Assembly: GCA_039029715.1 (NCBI GenBank)
Contig: JBCCFN010000003.1
Coordinates: 1-50,615 of the forward strand
Reading direction: 5' to 3'
Origin: Actinomycetota bacterium
GTDB lineage: Bacteria; Actinomycetota; Acidimicrobiia; Acidimicrobiales; SZUA-35
DNA length: 50,615 bases
Shown here: positions 46,769 to 50,615 of the stretch, piece by piece
How positions within the stretch are numbered: position 1 is the first letter of the stretch
Layout: every line of letters starts with the position of its first letter
The notes under the pieces: generated by a model
Database searches by the model: none
What the model was told of the DNA's origin: nothing
Seen by the model: only the letters and a program-made list of their open reading frames with translations
Position numbers and translations under genes: made by a program

Positions 46769-47338
46769 TCAGCGGTCCCAGGGCCGAGACGCCGGGCGGT
46801 AGCTCCGCTGGACCCGAGCCACGCCGGCGCTGCGGCGGCGGCGCTCGGCCCGCCACCGACCCCGCCGGGTTGCCGGACGGACGGTCGGCAGCTCGTCCTC
46901 TGCGTCCGCCCGTCGGTCACGGCGGAGATCGAGCAGGGTGTCATCGGCCGCGGTCGGACCGTCTGTCGCCTCCAGGTACCGGGAGGTCAGCTGGCGCCTG
47001 GCGATCTCGACCTCCCGGCCGACGTCGTCCCCGAGGTTGCGGATTCGGGCCACACCGTCGTTGACCCGGCGGGTGCCCTCGACCCCGACCCGACCGACCG
47101 TCCTGGTCCCGACCGCGACCCGGCGGGCGGTCCGCCCGGCGACCACGGCCGAGCCGCCGGCCCACATCGCACCGTCTGGCACGACCTCCAGCGCCCGTCG
47201 AACCGGCTGGGGTAGCCGCTCCTCCAGGTCGGCGGCCGCCTGTTCGACCTGACGGGCCGTCGTCTTTCGCACCAGGAACCGAACCGCAGCACCGGCGGCC
47301 ACCCACCGGAGCCGACGGAGCCGGAACAGCCGCATCAT
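46769..47338 (-). CDS. Hypothetical Arg-rich, probably membrane-associated protein
   Basis: ATGA coupling to the upstream gene, GC-type codon usage, fills the DUF948-alaS gap; no motif recognised. Confidence 0.65.
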   Translation of the reverse strand: MMRLFRLRRLRWVAAGAAVRFLVRKTTARQVEQAAADLEERLPQPVRRALEVVPDGAMWAGGSAVVAGRTARRVAVGTRTVGRVGVEGTRRVNDGVARIRNLGDDVGREVEIARRQLTSRYLEATDGPTAADDTLLDLRRDRRADAEDELPTVRPATRRGRWRAERRRRSAGVARVQRSYRPASRPWDR

Positions 47339-47760
47339 CGGCCGGCCTTCAGCTCCCCGACAACCGTGTCGGCATCGATCTCTGACTTTGCGCCGTTTCG
47401 CCGCCGCCGGCCGAACAGCCAGGACCGAGCAACCTTGCCGGTCCCCGAGGCGACGGCAAGCGTCCGGATCATCGGGTCCTGGACCGCCTCATGGGTCCGC
47501 CTGGTCGTCTCGCTGATCACGGTGGTGGCGTGGTCGGCCCGATCGAGGACGATGTCGACCTTGTCCAGCTCGGCGTCTGCGTCTGCGATCAGCTGGCGGA
47601 GCTCCCGGAAGGCGGAGATCCCCTCGTCCCGGAGCTGGTGGGCGGTGTCCTCGAGCTTGGCCAGGGTGTTGTTCAGGTTGTTGACCGCGGTGATGAGGAA
47701 GACCGCCGTCGCCACCACGGCGATGGCGGTGATGATGGCGGCGAACTCGGTGATGCTCAT
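47335..47760 (-). CDS. DUF948-like membrane protein (TM plus coiled coil)
   Basis: N-terminal TM helix then a heptad-rich helix; usual position between rarA and alaS; ATGA overlap with rarA. Confidence 0.7.
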   Translation of the reverse strand: MSITEFAAIITAIAVVATAVFLITAVNNLNNTLAKLEDTAHQLRDEGISAFRELRQLIADADAELDKVDIVLDRADHATTVISETTRRTHEAVQDPMIRTLAVASGTGKVARSWLFGRRRRNGAKSEIDADTVVGELKAGR

Positions 47761-49076
47761 TCGTCGCCTCCGGGCCCCTGGTCGATCTCGGTCATGCGTT
47801 GGGCGATCCGACGCTCCTCGCCGTGCTCGGTCGGGACGTAGTATCGACGTCCCCGCACCTCCTCCGGCGCATACTCCTGGGGAACGTGGCCCCCCGGGTA
47901 GTCATGAGGATAGCGGTAGCCGTCGCCGTGGCCGAGGCTGGCCGCCCCCCGATAGGACGCATCCCGTAGGTGCATGGGCACCTCGCCGGCTGGCAGCTCC
48001 TGGACGTCCCGCATCGCCCGGTTGAGCCCGGCGTAGGCCGCATTGGACTTCTGGGCGGTCGCCAGATGGACGGTGGCATGGGCCAAGTTGATCCTGGCCT
48101 CGGGTAGACCCACGTAGTCGACGGCTGCGGCTGCGGCGGTGGCGACCAGGATGGCGGTATGGTCTGCCATCCCGATGTCCTCGGATGCGTGGACCACCAG
48201 CCGTCGAGCGATGAACCGGGGGTCCTCCCCTGCGGTCAGCATCCGGGCCAACCAGTAGAGGGCGGCGTCTGGGTCGCTTCCCCGAATGCTCTTGATGAAG
48301 GCCGAGATGACGTCGTAGTGCTCGTCCCGACCGTAGCGGAGGGCCTTGAGATCGGTTGCCGCCTCGGCATCGGCCAGCACCACCCTCGGTCGCCCATCGT
48401 CCTCCCTGGCTGCGGCCAGGGCCACCGCGACCTCGAGGGTGGTCAGGACCTGCCGACCATCGCCGGCGGCCCGGGCCGCAAGGTAGGCGATGGCGTCGTC
48501 ATCCGCAGTCGCTCCCTCGGCGTCGAGGCCTCGCCGGATCAGCTCGGCCAGGTCGTCCTCGTCCAGTGGTTGCAGCCGAAACAGGGTCGACCGGCTCCGG
48601 AGCGGGGCGTTGACTTCGAAGAACGGGTTCTCGGTGGTCGCCCCGATCAGGACCAGGACCCCGGACTCCACCGCCGGCAGCAGCGCATCCTGCTGAGCCT
48701 TGTTGAACCGGTGGACCTCGTCGAGGAACAGGATCGTGCCCCGGCCATGGGCACCAAGGCGCTCCTCGGCGGTGGCAATAACTTCCCGAACGTCTTTCAC
48801 CGAGGCGTTGACGGCCGATAGCTGAACGAACTCCTTCGACGATGCGGTGGCCACCAGCCGGGCCAGCGTCGTCTTACCCGTCCCGGCCGGCCCCCAGAAG
48901 ATGACAGACGACAAGCGATCAGTCTCGACCAATCGACGCAGCGGTCCGTCCTCACCGAGCAGGTGGGTCTGGCCGACGACGTCGTCGAGCCGCTGGGGGC
49001 GGAGCCTGCTGGCCAGCGGGGATCGAGCTTCGAGCCGTTCCCTCGCCGCCGCCGCGAACAGGTCGTCCTGGGCCAC
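47757..49076 (-). CDS. rarA: Replication-associated recombination protein A (RarA/MgsA)
   Basis: [45 protein letters not shown] and VPMHLRDA motifs. GTG 49076 with AAGGAG SD and -10 TACGGT (49108-49103). Confidence 0.95.
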   Translation of the reverse strand: MAQDDLFAAAARERLEARSPLASRLRPQRLDDVVGQTHLLGEDGPLRRLVETDRLSSVIFWGPAGTGKTTLARLVATASSKEFVQLSAVNASVKDVREVIATAEERLGAHGRGTILFLDEVHRFNKAQQDALLPAVESGVLVLIGATTENPFFEVNAPLRSRSTLFRLQPLDEDDLAELIRRGLDAEGATADDDAIAYLAARAAGDGRQVLTTLEVAVALAAAREDDGRPRVVLADAEAATDLKALRYGRDEHYDVISAFIKSIRGSDPDAALYWLARMLTAGEDPRFIARRLVVHASEDIGMADHTAILVATAAAAAVDYVGLPEARINLAHATVHLATAQKSNAAYAGLNRAMRDVQELPAGEVPMHLRDASYRGAASLGHGDGYRYPHDYPGGHVPQEYAPEEVRGRRYYVPTEHGEERRIAQRMTEIDQGPGGDE

Positions 49077-49109
49077 CGGTGCACTCCTTCCAAGTGGAGC
49101 CGACCGTAT

Positions 49110-49763
49110 ATGGAGTGGCCGCCGATGACGCTGTTCTGGTCGATTTTCTATCTGTGGCTCGTCCTCACCATCCTGCTGATCACCCTGCTGTACCTCCGCT
49201 ACCAGGAGGGTCGACGGACACCGTCCGATCGGGACGACGATCTGTTGTTGCCGCCGGCGGACCCGGTGGGCCTCGCACCGGCGGATCAGCTGATCGAGGT
49301 CGACGAGCTCGATGACGTCGACGACGTCGACCAGGTCGAACCAGTGTCCGAGCCGGAACCCGGTGAACCATCGGCTACGCCGGCATCGCCGGCCACGGTC
49401 GCGCAACCACCGGGCATCCTCGACCTGCTGGACGGGATCGAGCTCCCGCACGACCTCACGCCTCTCACCGGCCGAATCGAGCACGGCGACCGCCACCTCA
49501 TCCTGGTGTCGTCCGGCGCCGACCCGGCGGAGGTCGGCCCCGCATTCGCCGACCGGTTGGCGGACCAGGGCTTCGAGATCGAACCCGACGGCTTCGACCA
49601 GGCGGTTGCCCGTCGGAGCGACGACGTCCTCACCATGCGGATCAGCCCCGAAGCGGGAACGGTCAACGACGCCGGCCGGCCCCGCTATCCGGGTGCCGGC
49701 GACGACGACGTCGTGATCGAACTCTGGACCGGGAACGGCGCCCCACCACCGCTGGCCGACTGA
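49110..49763 (+). CDS. Hypothetical membrane-anchored protein with an acidic linker
   Basis: Strong N-terminal TM helix, D/E/P-rich linker, globular C-terminus; start at ATG 49110 or 49125. Confidence 0.7.
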   Translation: MEWPPMTLFWSIFYLWLVLTILLITLLYLRYQEGRRTPSDRDDDLLLPPADPVGLAPADQLIEVDELDDVDDVDQVEPVSEPEPGEPSATPASPATVAQPPGILDLLDGIELPHDLTPLTGRIEHGDRHLILVSSGADPAEVGPAFADRLADQGFEIEPDGFDQAVARRSDDVLTMRISPEAGTVNDAGRPRYPGAGDDDVVIELWTGNGAPPPLAD

Positions 49764-49789
49764 CTACAGAGCGCAGTCGACGGGCCCGA

Positions 49790-50615
49790 TCAGTCGACCG
49801 GGGGCGGGAGGACCCGGATGCCGAGCTCGTCGAGCTGGGCGTCCTCGACCTCGGCCGGAGCGCCGGTCATCGGGTCGAGGCCTGACTGGGGCTTCGGGAA
49901 GGCGATGACCTCCCGGATGTTCTCCTCGCCGGCCAGGATGGCGGCCAGCCGGTCGATGCCGTAGGCGAACCCACCGTGGGGCGGCGCCCCGTACTTGAAC
50001 GGGTTGAGGAAAAACCCGAATCGACTCTCGGCCTCGGCCTCGTCGATACCGAGCAGCGAGAACACCCGCTGCTGGAGTTGATGGTCGTGAATCCGGATGC
50101 TGCCGGAGCCGAGCTCCCAGCCGTTGAGGACCAGATCGTAGGCCCAGGCCCGGACCGCCATCGGGTCCGACTCCAGCTTCGGGATGTCCTCCGGGTGAGG
50201 GTGGCAGAACGGGTGGTGGCCGGTCTTCGGGATGCCGGTGGCCTCGTCGACCCCGACGAACAGCGGGAAGTCGACGACCCACAGATACTTGTACGGCCCC
50301 TCGGACACCGGCGGCCGACCGAGCCGGTTCCGGAGCTCGCCCAACACCTCACAGGTGGTGTGCCACTGGTCTGCGATCAGCAACAGGAGGTCGCCGGGCT
50401 CGGCTGCGGTCCGCTCAACCAGCATCTTCTGCTCCGTCTCGGACAAGAACTTGGCCACCGGCGAATCCAACGAGAGGTCATCGCCGACCTTCATCCAGAC
50501 CATGCCCTTGGCCCCGAACGACTTGGCGTCGTCGGTCAGGCCGTCCAGCTTGTTGCGGCCCCAGTCGGCCGCTGCGCCCTTCGCGTTGATGCCCTTGATC
50601 GACTCGGCGGACGAG
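49790..50615 (-). CDS. aspS: Aspartate--tRNA ligase, 3' part (5' end outside the window)
   Basis: WVVDFPLF, HHPF, YDLVLNG.ELG.GSIRIH, GAPPHGG, GIDR and VIAFPK motifs; the frame is open to the window edge. Confidence 0.96.
   Translation of the reverse strand, partial: SSAESIKGINAKGAAADWGRNKLDGLTDDAKSFGAKGMVWMKVGDDLSLDSPVAKFLSETEQKMLVERTAAEPGDLLLLIADQWHTTCEVLGELRNRLGRPPVSEGPYKYLWVVDFPLFVGVDEATGIPKTGHHPFCHPHPEDIPKLESDPMAVRAWAYDLVLNGWELGSGSIRIHDHQLQQRVFSLLGIDEAEAESRFGFFLNPFKYGAPPHGGFAYGIDRLAAILAGEENIREVIAFPKPQSGLDPMTGAPAEVEDAQLDELGIRVLPPPVD

Noticed and set aside
1-50615. CRISPR arrays, tRNA/rRNA genes, IS elements, prophage or defence genes
   Set aside because: I saw no spaced repeats, RNA-gene signatures, transposase or integrase motifs; intergenic gaps are all short.

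Overview
This is a GC-rich actinobacterial chromosome segment, most consistent with class Acidimicrobiia (mIHF, helicase-degenerate PriA, fused AroK-AroB, many leaderless genes). It is almost entirely a conserved minus-strand housekeeping run: aspS(partial)-rarA-DUF948-alaS-ruvX-mltG-aroE-[PATAN/DUF4388-prepilin peptidase]-aroKB-pepP-efp-nusB-[CAP]-ech-pyrR-pyrB-pyrC-carA-carB-pyrD-pyrF-mihF-gmk-rpoZ-coaBC-metK-priA-[trmH, MTase]-def-fmt-rsmB-[serA-serC-DUF1015, PLP lyase]-mog-ribD-ribE-ribBA-hisG-csd. At the left end are a GGDEF-EAL gene, a GT2 glycosyltransferase and an MBOAT/SGNH O-acyltransferase pair. I found no rRNA, tRNA, CRISPR array or mobile element. The most interesting signals were read by eye and still need computation. 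(1) A recurring sigma-28/WhiG-like promoter motif (TCAN-N15-[G/T]CCGA[T/A]G) lies upstream of the c-di-GMP enzyme, the PATAN-prepilin peptidase pair, rpoZ and probably the CAP gene. (2) carA carries an in-frame TAG exactly at its domain boundary, and the adjacent PyrC lacks a Zn-ligand His. (3) gmk and ruvX probably start at non-canonical CTG codons. (4) The PyrR-binding leader masks the pyrR SD, and a terminator-like hairpin lies inside the pyrR CDS. (5) PriA has lost exactly one of its two Zn sites. (6) The serA-serC-DUF1015 operon has a ParB/SerK-like DUF1015 where serB might be expected.
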